From positions 31,936,437 to 32,000,436 of the forward strand of contig NC_092672.1 in NCBI RefSeq assembly GCF_964355755.1: 64,000 nt of DNA. The letters are read 5' to 3'. The stretch is from Antedon mediterranea. Its lineage: Eukaryota; Animalia; Echinodermata. A model generated the notes under the pieces. That model searched no databases and had not been told where the DNA came from. It worked only from the letters and a program-made list of their open reading frames with translations. A program made the translations under genes and the position numbers. This document shows, piece by piece, positions 1 through 12,734 of this stretch; position 1 is the first letter of the stretch, and each line of letters begins with the position of its first letter.

Positions 1-460
1 TTTATTGCAGAATTTGTCTTAAAAGTGGATGTAAGAAATGTGAACATGTTCTACGCTGTTATCAAAATGAACATAATGTGATTCCATTCGAGACGGCTGT
101 AGACGAGTTTAATCAAAATGCGACAGAAGTTAAAAAAAGTGCGGAAGAAATTAAAGAAAAACTAAAAAGAACAAGGGAAAGCTTCATGAAAGAAAGATCC
201 GACTTTGAATTAAAATTAAAATTATGCAGAACAGCGATTGAATTACAAGAAGAAAACATTATTAAAAAGGCTCAGGAGAAAACAAGAGCAATGTTGATGG
301 ACCTTGACAAAATTGACAAAGAAAACAAAGAGCTTATTGATAATAGAGTTAAAAATATTGACTCAAAGCTGTTGAAAGTTAATGAGATGTTGCCATTAAT
401 TAACACAATGATGAACAAACCAGAAGAAAGAGAAACACTTAGATCTCATGAGGAAAATAT
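1..460 (+). pseudogene. TRIM-NHL copy 1, 5' part (B-box2 end and coiled coil), interrupted by gypsy insertion; gene start lies upstream of the window
   Basis: Near-identical to 29261-29720 of intact copy 3. Homology stops at GAGGAAAATAT (460) and resumes at 8845. Confidence 0.95.
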
Positions 461-1462
461 TTTTACGGTTCAGGATATTCGACTGCGAAAGAATCACATA
501 GACCTCAGTTAGAAGTTGTTAACTCTGGATCGAGCACTTTAATAATCTTAACACACTACAATCATAATGACGAGTGTTAACACATGAAACAATTTAACTA
601 ATACATCAATCTAGCTATTGGTCCTTTACCCAACATTATGTTTAATAACTAACTAAATAATCTCTACATAAACTTGTTAATTATTGATTGAATTATCTGA
701 CTGAATTAAACCAAAAACATGATACATTAATTTAAGGTCATCTTATCAGTGTATACAACTCTACACTAGCATATGTGATTTCTAAATAAGGAAACCAGTA
801 TAGTTATAAAACCCAATTCTAAATTGGTACCCTGGGTGTAGTTATCAGTGCAACAATGACTCACTACCTTGGTTACCATAGTAACGGCCAGTTCCACTAG
901 CAGAGCCTTACATACCACAGCAATTAATGGCAAGGTCATTAACCTTATACACTGTACTGTATGTACTCTTTTTGTTAACAGGGCCTCTAATAGCTATTGA
1001 GCCTAATAATTCGTTACATTATATGGACATAAAATGAAAGTATAAACATTTAGCTATTATCTCATAACTTAATCCTCTAGCATTAACCTTAAAATATAAT
1101 GATTGTTTTCTAAAATGAACAACAATCATCTGATCACAGTATTCGCTCTGTTTATCCTCTCAGTTTCTTACTTAATAATTTCAATCTGGGTACTGGAGAA
1201 ATAACTCAGTATCCTTATGAAACATAATATAACAAATTGTCATAATTATAATATATATAAGTTAAAAGGAATATAAAATATCATAAACTTACCTGCGAAA
1301 GAATCACATAGACCTCAGTTAGAAGTTGTTAACTCTGGATCGAGCACTTTAATAATGATGAGCCCAATGCCAGAGGCAACAACCTCAAACTGGTCATGTG
1401 ACTTTCCACAGGTCATTGGATCTTGAAATTTAATAGGGGCCTACTTTTCTGTGCAGGTAACA
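461..1462 (-). repeat. 3' LTR of gypsy element
   Basis: Direct repeat of 7839-8840. Minus-strand termini are TGTTAC...GTAAAA. Confidence 0.97.
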
Positions 1463-1474
1463 TACTCCCCCCAC
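1463..1474 (-). promoter_or_regulatory. Polypurine tract
   Basis: Minus strand reads GTGGGGGGAGTA immediately before the 3' LTR start TGTTAC. Confidence 0.85.
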
Positions 1475-1981
1475 AAATGTGATGTCGTCCCCGACATCCA
1501 CAAACGAATACACATATTTATTAAATTTCAATTATTTACAGTTTATCTAAGTGATAATTGCTACAGTTCATTGTGTCACAATATTAGAATGTAGGATCCA
1601 GCTTCTTACAGTTAGCCATAGCTAAACTCCTGATACTACCTCATTCCATGGTGTCCAAGAGGGATGTGCAAGGGTTGCATGCATGCGACATACCCATGCG
1701 TCGTCCAATAACGATACATCCATAGAAGAGCTGGTCCATGTTATCTGTCGACAACTGTACACAATGCACTGTCATTACCAGGTTGGTTGCAGTTTGTGAT
1801 TCCCCGTAGATACCATCTCCATGTTTATGCACAGCCTGAATAGTTACCTGTTGCTCATGGTACATTATCAACCATCTCTTTGTAGTACTCAATCACAAAC
1901 ACTTGTAAGTTCTGTCAATAACCAATTGGGTAACAAATAAATCCACTTTCTTTTACAATCAATGTTCAATTTCATCAGATC

Positions 1982-4900
1982 CTAACACTTTCTGTGAAAC
2001 ATTGGATATTGGCCTGGTACAGTAGGTGGTATCCATTGTCTGGTAGGATGAAATTCTGTACAGATTGGTTGTTGAGTTGCATATTGAGTTGGTTGTGGAT
2101 AAAATTGGATAGGTCCATTCCGGTAGTGGTTGTCCCAATATGGATTTTGTAGTGGTCTGGTGTTAGCACCATTTATCTGCATACAGCCTGGTGCTGGTGT
2201 GCCCAAGTTGTGGTAGCCAAACAAAGTAGGAGGTTGGCGATGACGAACTGGTCGTCCAATCTCTGCTGCTGGTACCTGTTCATTTGAACTAACTGGTTCA
2301 TCCATATCAGCATGTTGTGTGTCGCCGGCTGCCTCCATGTGCTTTTCATCCACAGTAGAATCCTCTGCTGTTGGTGGGGTGGCATATGGTTCAACTTGTA
2401 CCAATGAATCATTACTGGTACATGCATATTGTGGTTCTGGATTGGTTAATAGGGGATATTGTAAATATACTTCATCTTCTTCATCCGAACCTACTGAATC
2501 TGTCTCAGGTTGTGGTGTAGCCTTCTCCGTCGGATCACTAGGTAATCGTTGTTCTGGAGTTATCTTTGTCTTCTTTTTCGATGCAACATTTTGAGTATCT
2601 GGTACTAAAGCGTCACAGGGACAAAGTAAATTCCTATGTAGAGTCCGTACTCTACCATTACCGTTTTCTGGGCGAACTTCATACACTGGCAACTCCTGTT
2701 TTTGCGCCACCACTATGTATATTCTGTCCTCATAGAAGCTTTGAAGTTTCCCAGGACCACCTGGTGGAACACAGTTCTTGATCAGGACTCTATCACCTGG
2801 TGATAATGATGTACTGATTGGCCGTTGTTGGTCATGTCGGTGTTTACTTCTCTCTGCTAATTTCTGCATATTCGATCTAGCTAAAGTGTATGCCTCTTCC
2901 ATCCTCATTTTCCAGTTCTTGGCATATTCATGGTGTTCACTTGCAGCGGCATCACCATCTGGGGATAATCCAAATGCAAGATCAATTGGCAGTCGGGGTG
3001 ACCGCCCATACAATAAGTAATGAGGTGAATAACCTGTGCTTTCATGTCGAGTAACATTATAGGCATGAACAACCTTGTTGAGATGTTGTTTCCAGTCATG
3101 CTTCTGCTCTGTAGTTAAAGTGCGGAGCATTGACAACAGGGTTCGGTTGAACCTCTCGACCTGTCCATTCCCCTGAGGGTGATATGGTGTAGTTCGGGAA
3201 CCCCTGACTTCACTGAGTTGTTCAAGGCGTCGAAATAGAGAGTTTTCAAATTCACGACCCTGGTCATGATGTAGTCTGCGTGGATAACCGAACTTCAGAA
3301 CAAAGTCGTTGAAAATCCTGTCAGCAACTGTCTTGCCCGACTTGTTGGTGGTTGGATAAGCCTGAGCGAATCTTGTAAAATGATCCATCACTACGAGGAT
3401 GTACTCATATCCTCCTTTACATTTGTCAAGGTGAAGGAAATCTATGGAGACAAGTTCAAATGGTTCCGATGTCTTGATGTTTACCAGAGGTGCACGTGTA
3501 ATTCTGGATGGCTTCTTGTCTTTCACACAGCTACATTCTTGTTTTATATAATGGTTGATGTTAGTTTCCATGTGAGGCCAGTAGAACCTCTCTCGGATTA
3601 GTATAAGTACCCTCTCAGTGCCAAGATGTCCCATCTCATTATGTAGCGATTTGAGTATCATCGGACGAAGGCTTTTCGGGATCAATAGTTGTGTCCTAGT
3701 CTTCGTCGTCCGGCGAAGAATACCATCTTTATCAAGATTGATTTTACTCCACTCCCGCATCAGGGTCCTGGTTTCAGGAATCTCATTGGTGCGCTCGGCT
3801 CTAGTGGGCCATCTACCTTTGGTTTTGTATTCTCGGAATCTTGCAAGGGCAGGGTCATCTTCTTGAGCCAAACGTACTTCCGCAATTGATAATGTAGATA
3901 GGTTCGGTGTGATGCCAAATGGTTGGTCCTGTATATGCACATGATCGGTAACGATATGATTGATGTAAGCAAAGTCAGCTGTTTGTTGTATTGCAATACC
4001 TTGAACAACAGCATCCATTACCAATGGTGAAATTTCTTCAGTACATTGATCAAATTCACTGGGTGACATCGGAATTCTTGATAGTACATCTGCATCTTCG
4101 TTGTTGCGACCTGGCCTGTATTTAATGGTAAAATTAAAGTCTGCAAGTTCTGCAACCCATCTATGACCTACGGCATTCAATTTGGCAGTGGTTAGTATGT
4201 AAGTTAGAGGATTGTTGTCCGTATAAACGGTAAATGACTTTGCAAAGGATAGGTAATCTCTGAAGTGACTAGTTATGGCCCACTTCAGAGCTAGGAATTC
4301 CAGCTTGCCTGAGTGAAGGTGATAATTCTTTTCCGCTGGCGTAAGGGAACGAGATCCGTATCCTATGACTCGTAGTACTCCATCTTGGCGTTGATATAAG
4401 ACCGCACCAAGTCCATCTTGTGAGGCATCTGTATGCAGCTCAAACGGTCTCTCAAAATCAGGAAACGCCATAATCGGAGCTCGGCTTAACTCGTCAATGA
4501 ATGAATCAACTATCTGTTGGTACTCTGGGAGCCATGTTATGGGAGTTGAAGATGGAACTTGTCCGTTGTCCTTTCTATTACTGTGTTTCTTCTGTTTCTT
4601 TCTCTGGTTCTTTTTATTGGTTGATTGGTTATTCTTTGTAGTAGTACCAGCTTGAGTTAGCAGCACAAATAATGGTTTGGCTCGCTTGGAGTAGTCCCTA
4701 AGATACCGACGGTAATATCCCGTAAATCCTAGCAGTTTTCTTACTTCCCCTACAGTCCGAGGAATGTTGGACTTCAAGGTGTATAATGCTTCGGTGTCTC
4801 GAGGGTCAGGCCGGTAGCCTTCGTGGCTAATGATTTTCCCCAAGTACTTCACTTCAGATTGAAACAGTTTGCATTTGGCAGGTTTCAATTTCATTCCTTT

Positions 4901-6673
4901 TTCTTGTATACGTTTTAGTACTTTCTGTAGGTTGATTTGATGTTCTTCGAATGTCTTTCCATAAACAATAATATCGTCTAGGTAGACCTCACAGATTTGG
5001 TGGTTTAGACCTTCTAATGCGTCTTCCATGCATCGTTGGTATGCAGCTGGGGCGTTCTTGAGTCCAAAAGGTATTCGGACCCATTCATGAAGACCCCAAG
5101 GTGTTACAAAAGCGGTGAGTGGTCTGCTATCGGTTGTCATATATCCTTGATGGTACGCCTTTCCTTGATCAAGGGTACTAAACCAGCGGTTCCCACCAAG
5201 GCTGTCGAGAACGTCTTGAATTCGGGGAATAGGTTGGCAATCAGGGATTGTCTTGCGGTTTAACTCCCGATAATCAATGCATAAACGAAGTCCTCCATCC
5301 TTCTTACGAACGCACACGACGGGTGATGCATACGGAGATTTGGATTTGACGACCCACCCTCGATCAATTAAATCAGTAAGGTAGTCTTTGACTTCCTGAA
5401 AAAGAGGTCTTGGTATGGACTGATACGTCTTCTGGACTGGGATGTTATCGAGTAAGTTAATCTTCATTTGTAGGCTTGGTATCGAACCCATGTCTTGCTC
5501 ACTGTGGGAGAAACTATTGGATTCTTCGTCAAGCATCTGATTTACTATATGCTGTTGATCGCAACTTAGATGACTCAAGTCAAGTTGAGACTTCCAGTTT
5601 CTAGTATTGATTTCTGGCGTCACATCTACTCTGGCCGTCTGTACCCCTACTGTTGGCACAACTTCATCGCTTCCAGCTTCGAACACACCTCGATAGATAG
5701 CTCTCACAAGTTGTAACTTCCCCAATAAGGTCTTCTTGGGAATTATCAAATTTTGGTCCGTTTTGTTGGTAACTGAGACTCTGATATCATTACAGGGACG
5801 GCATGTTAGCTCTACTACATTTTCGTTGACTTCTAATCCATCGGGAAGATGTGGTTCAAGTAATGGTTCAATTATCACCATCATCTTCTCCTGGATAGGA
5901 CCAGTGATAGCTCTAACTCGTATGAACGTTGTCTGTTTCGCTGGGACCTCATGTACCAAATTTCCTGAATATATATTACAAAAATCTGTAGGATCGGAAT
6001 TTCGCATCATTGAAATTAACTTCTGAGCTTTGATGTTATTACATTTTGAAAATGATGTTTTTACTGTCCTAACAAGTTCTGGTTGCTCAATTCGTACAAT
6101 TTCCTTGATTACGTTGTAGCCAATGATTGGTTGTTGAAGTTCATCAGCTGTTACTAAGACTGGTACTAAAGTAGAAAATGTTGAGGGATCATTATTATTA
6201 GTAGATAAAAGTTGAAATTTCAGAGAAAGCCATCCTATATAAGGTATATCAGTACCATTTGCAGCAGTAAGTTTGAGATCTGATTGCAAAAGCTCCCTTA
6301 AATTCCTCAGCGGTTCACCTTGGCAATTTGTCTTCCACCATGTCTGAGACACTATCGACACTTGAGAACCTGTGTCCCATAGAACCTCTTCAATGTTCCC
6401 GTTTAATTTGCATTTGACAGTGCATCGTCTACCTATGAGGTTGACTAATCTTAGGTGTTGCCCAGGTGTGAGGTGGCTAATTTGGTGCTTCTTTTCTGGA
6501 TCAAACTTCGACTGGTTACTGTGACTTCCTTTCGAGTGATCGATCCCAGACTGGCCTTGATACATGTGATCACCTTTGGCCACCTCTATCTCACGCTTCT
6601 TGGAGTTAGGGGACATGTTGGGTTTTTCTACGATCATTCCAAGTCCCGTTGGGATGATCGGGGTCCGTTTCCC
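1982..6673 (-). CDS. pol: Gypsy Pol (aspartic protease, reverse transcriptase, RNase H, integrase), probably expressed by -1 frameshift from gag
   Basis: Uninterrupted 1568-codon ORF with motifs LWDTGSQVS (PR), LDQGKAYHQ and YLDD (RT), TDAS (RNase H), H-H-C-C zinc finger and D,D,E (SIDF/HDQG/VERFN) of integrase. Confidence 0.96.
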   Translation of the reverse strand, partial: GKRTPIIPTGLGMIVEKPNMSPNSKKREIEVAKGDHMYQGQSGIDHSKGSHSNQSKFDPEKKHQISHLTPGQHLRLVNLIGRRCTVKCKLNGNIEEVLWDTGSQVSIVSQTWWKTNCQGEPLRNLRELLQSDLKLTAANGTDIPYIGWLSLKFQLLSTNNNDPSTFSTLVPVLVTADELQQPIIGYNVIKEIVRIEQPELVRTVKTSFSKCNNIKAQKLISMMRNSDPTDFCNIYSGNLVHEVPAKQTTFIRVRAITGPIQEKMMVIIEPLLEPHLPDGLEVNENVVELTCRPCNDIRVSVTNKTDQNLIIPKKTLLGKLQLVRAIYRGVFEAGSDEVVPTVGVQTARVDVTPEINTRNWKSQLDLSHLSCDQQHIVNQMLDEESNSFSHSEQDMGSIPSLQMKINLLDNIPVQKTYQSIPRPLFQEVKDYLTDLIDRGWVVKSKSPYASPVVCVRKKDGGLRLCIDYRELNRKTIPDCQPIPRIQDVLDSLGGNRWFSTLDQGKAYHQGYMTTDSRPLTAFVTPWGLHEWVRIPFGLKNAPAAYQRCMEDALEGLNHQICEVYLDDIIVYGKTFEEHQINLQKVLKRIQEKGMKLKPAKCKLFQSEVKYLGKIISHEGYRPDPRDTEALYTLKSNIPRTVGEVRKLLGFTGYYRRYLRDYSKRAKPLFVLLTQAGTTTKNNQSTNKKNQRKKQKKHSNRKDNGQVPSSTPITWLPEYQQIVDSFIDELSRAPIMAFPDFERPFELHTDASQDGLGAVLYQRQDGVLRVIGYGSRSLTPAEKNYHLHSGKLEFLALKWAITSHFRDYLSFAKSFTVYTDNNPLTYILTTAKLNAVGHRWVAELADFNFTIKYRPGRNNEDADVLSRIPMSPSEFDQCTEEISPLVMDAVVQGIAIQQTADFAYINHIVTDHVHIQDQPFGITPNLSTLSIAEVRLAQEDDPALARFREYKTKGRWPTRAERTNEIPETRTLMREWSKINLDKDGILRRTTKTRTQLLIPKSLRPMILKSLHNEMGHLGTERVLILIRERFYWPHMETNINHYIKQECSCVKDKKPSRITRAPLVNIKTSEPFELVSIDFLHLDKCKGGYEYILVVMDHFTRFAQAYPTTNKSGKTVADRIFNDFVLKFGYPRRLHHDQGREFENSLFRRLEQLSEVRGSRTTPYHPQGNGQVERFNRTLLSMLRTLTTEQKHDWKQHLNKVVHAYNVTRHESTGYSPHYLLYGRSPRLPIDLAFGLSPDGDAAASEHHEYAKNWKMRMEEAYTLARSNMQKLAERSKHRHDQQRPISTSLSPGDRVLIKNCVPPGGPGKLQSFYEDRIYIVVAQKQELPVYEVRPENGNGRVRTLHRNLLCPCDALVPDTQNVASKKKTKITPEQRLPSDPTEKATPQPETDSVGSDEEDEVYLQYPLLTNPEPQYACTSNDSLVQVEPYATPPTAEDSTVDEKHMEAAGDTQHADMDEPVSSNEQVPAAEIGRPVRHRQPPTLFGYHNLGTPAPGCMQINGANTRPLQNPYWDNHYRNGPIQFYPQPTQYATQQPICTEFHPTRQWIPPTVPGQYPMFHRKC
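6610..6673 (-). promoter_or_regulatory. -1 ribosomal frameshift signal (slippery heptamer plus predicted pseudoknot)
   Basis: G_GGA_AAC in the gag frame, a 6-nt spacer, stem CGATCATCCCAA/TTGGAATGATCG, and loop GGGAC complementary to downstream GTCCC. Confidence 0.8.
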
Positions 6674-7797
6674 TGGTTGGTGGTGCAAGCCCTAGCGAAA
6701 TGGTTGTCACCTCCACACTTGTAACAATGCCTACAATCATCTCCCTTACCGTCCTGCTTGCAACTGTTACATCCTCTTCCTCTTGACTTCCGTCTACCTT
6801 TGTTTGTGTGTTGTACAACTCCCTGTAAAGCGGAAACACTTGCCTGTAGTGTCTTCAAACCTTCTACCAGCATCTTGATTTCATCACTGGGTGAAGATGT
6901 GGTAACGGTTGCACTGGCAACCTTTACAGTATTGGATGTACATTGTTTCTGTTTCCGTTTATCTTCGAGGTTTTCCACTCTGGCTAGTCTCTCAAGGAGG
7001 TCTTCATCTGAGATATTGGGTTCCTGAAGGTGCTCTCTCATCTCAATGCGCAAGTTTCCTCTTAGACCTGTCTGCAGTGTTTGGAGGAACGTGCTTCTCA
7101 ACAATTGATCATCATACATCAGTGGTGCCCCTTCCTCATTGGATGAAAACCTCACCTTTTGACGGAGATTCATAGCTCTGACAACGAACTCTTGGGCCAA
7201 TTCACCTGGCTGTTGGTAAGCGGCAGATAGTTGTTGGTAAGAGTCCAATGCATCTCCTTCCTTAAAATGGGACCGTAGGACTCGTCTGAGTTGAGCTAGG
7301 CTCATTTCTGGTCGACTTTCTAGATAGCCTCGGAGTGGAGTTCCACTTGTTACAGCCATAGTTACAGCATTTAATATGGCGCTACGGTTGTAACCACGGG
7401 TGAGACCGTCTTCTATCTGTCTCATCACGCTTAAATAGGATAGTTTGTCAGTTTGTCCAGTAGACCCAATCTGTCCCTTTATCTTTAATTCTCTTTTAAA
7501 CATCTCAATAGATGACGGCAATGGTGGTGTGGTTTCGGTTTCGGTTGAGCTTGTTGGGGATGTTCTAAACTCTTCCATTTTTGTTCTTACCACCAACAGG
7601 ACGCTCTCACCTCCATCCTCAAGCGCCTCTACCTCCTCGCTCTCGAGGTACCTTAGAATATGTTTTAACACTGCCCGGATTGGCTTGTCTGCAATTCCTG
7701 CATCCTGTTTGATTGCCCCAGCCACCTCTTTTAGCTGAGGAAGGGTTAGCTTATACAAGCAATCCTTCACTTCTCTCTCCAGTGTCTGGAGGTCCAT
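6634..7797 (-). CDS. gag: Gypsy Gag with C-terminal CCHC zinc knuckle
   Basis: First ATG after the PBS is at 7797 (MDLQTLERE). Contains [14 protein letters not shown] and overlaps pol in the -1 frame. Confidence 0.9.
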   Translation of the reverse strand: MDLQTLEREVKDCLYKLTLPQLKEVAGAIKQDAGIADKPIRAVLKHILRYLESEEVEALEDGGESVLLVVRTKMEEFRTSPTSSTETETTPPLPSSIEMFKRELKIKGQIGSTGQTDKLSYLSVMRQIEDGLTRGYNRSAILNAVTMAVTSGTPLRGYLESRPEMSLAQLRRVLRSHFKEGDALDSYQQLSAAYQQPGELAQEFVVRAMNLRQKVRFSSNEEGAPLMYDDQLLRSTFLQTLQTGLRGNLRIEMREHLQEPNISDEDLLERLARVENLEDKRKQKQCTSNTVKVASATVTTSSPSDEIKMLVEGLKTLQASVSALQGVVQHTNKGRRKSRGRGCNSCKQDGKGDDCRHCYKCGGDNHFARACTTNQGNGPRSSQRDLE

Positions 7798-7819
7798 GTT
7801 TATCTTTCTGTCAGAATAG

Positions 7820-7836
7820 TCCTGGCAGGATCGCCA
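7820..7836 (-). promoter_or_regulatory. Primer binding site, tRNA-Arg(ACG) type
   Basis: TGGCGATCCTGCCAGGA lies 2 nt after the 5' LTR and is complementary to the ...UCCUGGCAGGAUCGCCA 3' end recalled for invertebrate tRNA-Arg(ACG). Confidence 0.85.
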
Positions 7837-7838
7837 GA

Positions 7839-8840
7839 TTTTACGGTTCAGGATATTCGACTGCGAAAGAATCACATAGACCTCAGTTAGAAGTTGTTAA
7901 CTCTGGATCGAGCACTTTAATAATCTTAACACACTACAATCATAATGACGAGTGTTAACACATGAAACAATTTAACTAATACATCAATCTAGCTATTGGT
8001 CCTTTACCCAACATTATGTTTAATAACTAACTAAATAATCTCTACATAAACTTGTTAATTATTGATTGAATTATCTGACTGAATTAAACCAAAAACATGA
8101 TACATTAATTTAAGGTCATCTTATCAGTGTATACAACTCTACACTAGCATATGTGATTTCTAAATAAGGAAACCAGTATAGTTATAAAACCCAATTCTAA
8201 ATTGGTACCCTGGGTGTAGTTATCAGTGCAACAATGACTCACTACCTTGGTTACCATAGTAACGGCCAGTTCCACTAGCAGAGCCTTACATACCACAGCA
8301 ATTAATGGCAAGGTCATTAACCTTATACACTGTACTGTATGTACTCTTTTTGTTAACAGGGCCTCTAATAGCTATTGAGCCTAATAATTCGTTACATTAT
8401 ATGGACATAAAATGAAAGTATAAACATTTAGCTATTATCTCATAACTTAATCCTCTAGCATTAACCTTAAAATATAATGATTGTTTTCTAAAATGAACAA
8501 CAATCATCTGATCACAGTATTCGCTCTGTTTATCCTCTCAGTTTCTTACTTAATAATTTCAATCTGGGTACTGGAGAAATAACTCAGTATCCTTATGAAA
8601 CATAATATAACAAATTGTCATAATTATAATATATATAAGTTAAAAGGAATATAAAATATCATAAACTTACCTGCGAAAGAATCACATAGACCTCAGTTAG
8701 AAGTTGTTAACTCTGGATCGAGCACTTTAATAATGATGAGCCCAATGCCAGAGGCAACAACCTCAAACTGGTCATGTGACTTTCCACAGGTCATTGGATC
8801 TTGAAATTTAATAGGGGCCTACTTTTCTGTGCAGGTAACA
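7839..8840 (-). repeat. 5' LTR of gypsy element
   Basis: Direct repeat of 461-1462, followed on the minus strand by PBS and gag. Confidence 0.97.
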
Positions 8841-8844
8841 ATAT

Positions 8845-10072
8845 TAATTCTGTTAAAGAAGAAACTCTGGAATCAAAGTATGATGAATCAATCAAGATAA
8901 AAGCCCCTACCTTCATTCCATCTAAAAACTTGGATAAGTTACTAGATTTGGAAGGCATTGGTAAAATGTCAAATTTTGAATGTGCATATCAGGTTGCTGA
9001 AGATAAAGTACCTATTATAGTCACAAAAGGACAGCCATTTGAAGTGAAAGTTGTGTCAAGTTCAGTAGAAAGTGAGGAATCTGTATTGGCTGCAACTTTA
9101 TATAATGAATCAGTTGAAGAATCAGCAACTGAAGTGAAACATAACGGAAGTGGAGAGTACAGAATAACAGGAAGATGTCATAAAGAAGGAGACTGGAAGA
9201 TGAAGATTACTGCTAGAGGTGAAGAAATCAAAGGATCACCAGTGAATATCAAGGTGGAAGCGCTAGGACTTGTGCATACCACTGATAACATAGAAAAGCT
9301 TAAAGTACATAACAAAGATTCAAAAGTAAATGATGTAATATTAGATAAAGAAGGAAATTTAATTGTAACTAGTTTTAGTAAAGACTTATTGAAGTTCAAC
9401 CAAGAATGTTCATTCATTGGTAGAATAGAGATACCAGACAATGTAAAGGTTGTTCGTATACATCAAATGAGTGATGACCAAATGGTGTATAGTGATAGCC
9501 TAAAAAAAACTGTTGTCAAGTGTGATGATAAATTTCAACAAATTTGTACATTTGGTAAAGGAACATTAAAACAACCACGTGGATTGACAGTGAATAAGGA
9601 AACTAGAACCATGTATGTTGCAGATTTGGATTGTCATTGTGTGTTTAAATTTAATGTTGATAGTGGTGAACTTGTTGGTCAATTTGGTTCACAAGGTAGC
9701 AAAGAAGGAGAAATGAATGGGCCAGATGGACTTTCTCTGACAAAGGAGGGCAACCTGATTGTTGTAGAATGTGAAAATCACAGAATACAAATGTTTGATG
9801 CAAATGATAAGTTTATGAAAATTCTTGTAGGTAAAGGTGAGGAAGATGGTCATGTTCAATGTCCTCATTATGTAGCTATAGATTCTGAGGAAAACCTCTT
9901 GATATCAAGTAATAACAAACTTCAATTATTTGATCAAAATGGAGTTTTTCTCAAACGAATAGATGATGGTGGATTAGATGGACCTTATGGAATTGCAATA
10001 ATCTCTAAGAAGCCAAGAAGGGTAGCTGTAGCAAACTGGAGATCAAACAAAGTAAAAATATATAATTATTAA
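8845..10072 (+). pseudogene. TRIM-NHL copy 1, 3' part (filamin and NHL repeats), still an open frame
   Basis: Collinear with 29721-30948 and ends KVKIYNY*. Confidence 0.95.
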
Positions 10073-10182
10073 ATAGCACATTTTATATACTTGATCAAAC
10101 TACCAGAAAAACAAACAATTTCTATATGCACATTCAATACCACTGATGATAAACAACAAACCTGTGTTGTTTGAGAATAATT

Positions 10183-11682
10183 TACCTCCGCCAAGGAGGT
10201 ATATGTAATCGATCTTTGTTACTTGGCAAAATAAAATTTTGCCAAGTATAGTATTTACTTTGTTTGTTTGTATGTATGTTTGTTTGTTTGTTAGCACGAT
10301 AGCGCCTACATTTTCAAGTTATAATTCTGAATTTTTGGGTCTAAGATAGATATACTTTCAAACCATGCCTATTAAAAATCAACAAAATTGGTTTATTAAT
10401 AACTTCACAAATAACAAAAATGATATTATTTTCAGACCGGCTAGTGTTAAAAGATAGGAGACAATTTTCAAAAGCCGGCGAGCAGTCTAAAAGTAACAAG
10501 TGCATTTTCTCGAGAACTACTTGTCTAAAAAACCACATTTTTTGACAAGAGGCAAGAGTTATAAATTGTAATTTGTAATTTTCAAAACATAATTTGATTT
10601 AATGTACAGGTTTTTTGATACGAGTCGTTTTAAAAAACCTATCTATTGTTAGTTGATAATTAGTTTTTTAGTACCAGCGTGTGTCCTTCCTTATTTCATT
10701 CTGTACATAGGTATATACTTACAGGAAAATTGATATATTGATCGTCCGTACGATATATTAAATAGCACGCATTCTGTCTTCTTGTAACATGGACATATTC
10801 TTTGATATGGACCAAAATATTAGTCGACTGGTCGAGCGGTTAATCTTACTACATGGGTTAAGGCAGGGGCGCCGCAAATCGGCACAGCTTCAAGACACTC
10901 CTCAACTCCTTGTCAATCTTGATTTTAGAAAGGTCATTGTTGCAATGACGGAGTTTGTTTGTATTAAAAATTATTTTTAAAAAGTATAAACCCCAGCAGG
11001 ATTTAAACTATGTAAAGCTAATACCTAAAGAAAAAAAATGTATCATTCAACATGCTCCCTATTAGTTGATATATTTTTCCAAGTACTTCACTCAGTTTCT
11101 GAGTGCTTTCATTTGTTTGTTTGTTTGTTTGTTGTTAGCAGGATTACTCAAAAAGTAATTACAAGATCTTTCCCAAAATGAAAATACAGATTGACATGTA
11201 GTCAAGGACCATTCCCTTACATTTTGGAGGCAATTCCAATTCTGGACCACTTTTTAAAATTATTTTCAGACTTGCTAGTCTTAAAGTAACAAGTAAACTA
11301 AAATTGTATTTTCTCGAGAACTACTTGTCCAAAAAACTTCATTTTTGTAGAAGAAGCAAGAATTATATTTTTTGATTTGTAATTTTCAAACATAATTAGA
11401 TTTAATGTACAAGTTTTTTGTTGCGAATAGTTTAAATACCCTATTTCTTTTTAAATTCACCTGTTTATTTTTCGCGTTTCTGTTCTATTGTTAGTCGGCT
11501 GAAGCTATTGTTAGTTGAAAGGCGGGTTACATAACCTTTACACCAAACTCTCATACACATGCTTGTAGTGAAATTAGCCTAAATCACACATAGCATTAAG
11601 ACACACACTTTACGGTGACTAAATCTGATGTAGAAGAATTTTACAGTAGGCGGAGGTATGCACTCTCAGAGTGGCTTTCTAG
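10183..11682 (+). mobile_element. Non-autonomous Helentron/HINE (DINE-like) element
   Basis: Subterminal IRs TACCTCCGCC/GGCGGAGGTA, a (TTTG)n microsatellite near the 5' end, and 3' hairpin CACTCT-CA-GAGTG followed by CTAG. Absent from paralogous units (compare 31051-31070). Confidence 0.7.
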
Positions 11683-12555
11683 TTATAGTCCAAGAGCATT
11701 AGGGTTTGACCCGGACATTTCTGGTACCAAGCTAATTTTTGCAGGAAAGGTCCAGAACTATGATTGGAACATCATACTAAAAGTCCTGAAAAATCCTCCT
11801 TGTACTCTTCGAGAAATCCAAGATGGCGTCCAAAATGGCTGCCATTTTAATTAGTCTATAACTTTGTAACCGCTTGTCATAGAGTATTGGTTTTGGTGTC
11901 AAATAGTTCACAGTATATACATTCCTATTTGCTCTAACAGAAAATGTTATCAAAAAATGACTGCTACTACAGTTTCTGGTAGTTTGACCTTTGACCTGGT
12001 CTTATCATATCTCGGTAACGGCTTGTCATAGAGAATTGAGATTAGGCCCAAATTGTTCAGAACATGCATATTTTTATTTGGTGTAATGAAATATTTTATC
12101 CCAAAATGACCGGAAGTGAGGTTATTGACCTATTCATATCTTTTACCGTATCTCAAGAAATATTTATCGTATAGCGTTACTTTTGGTGTCAAATTGTTTG
12201 GAACATATACATTTCTATTTAGTCTAATACAACAGTTTGCCCTAAAATGCTCGGAAGTAAGTTAAAATATTGAAAATTTTTAAAATCAAAGAGCTGCATA
12301 GTACAGAGTATATGAATACTGTAGATAAAAATCAAACTTTTAACTTTAAAAAAATGCCTTAAAACATGTTTTGGGCATAGCACATCATCAGGTAAAGTGA
12401 ATTGTTACTAATCAAAGTTGGAATAATTAAACAAAAAAAATGGGTTATTCCACAACAAGCGTTACATTTTATTGGGTAGTTGAATAGTGTTTTGTTGTTT
12501 TCAACAATAACCTTGAGGGTAAATTTTGCTGCGATAGAACAAAGAATATCGGTAA

Positions 12556-12734
12556 AGCTTGGTTCCCACTAGAACGTAACGCAAGGACGTAAACGTAACG
12601 CAAGCGTTTTAACCAATGACAAGCGAAGTTATAGACAGTTAGCAATCACAAGCGAATAAGCCATCGCTTGTGATTGGTCAATTCACTTGCATTGCGTTAC
12701 GTCCTTGTGTTGCGTCGCTAGTGGGAACCAAGCA
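12556..12734. mobile_element. Small PIF/Harbinger-like MITE nested in the long-TIR element
   Basis: TIR GCTTGGTTCCCACTAG/CTAGTGGGAACCAAGC with TAA TSD. Related relics at ~55805-56060 and ~63577. Confidence 0.75.

Larger units (their letters stand above)
461..8840 (-). mobile_element. Full-length Ty3/gypsy LTR retrotransposon (8380 bp), recent insertion
   Basis: Two 1002-bp LTRs that look identical by eye, a 4-bp TSD ATAT (457-460 and 8841-8844), PBS, PPT, and intact gag and pol (PR-RT-RH-IN order). Confidence 0.97.

Noticed and set aside
1641-1892. Small ORF between pol and the 3' LTR as an env or accessory gene
   Set aside because: Only 83 codons from a non-ATG start, with no signal peptide, transmembrane segment or recognisable motif.
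468-8834. Rescue of copy 1 by splicing out the gypsy on the + strand (ACG|GTTCAG to TTTTCTGTGCAG|)
   Set aside because: The donor is weak and phase 0 while the acceptor is phase 1, so the product would be out of frame.
8801-10072. 423-aa ORF as an independent NHL gene
   Set aside because: It starts at a TTG inside the LTR and is simply the 3' half of the disrupted copy 1.
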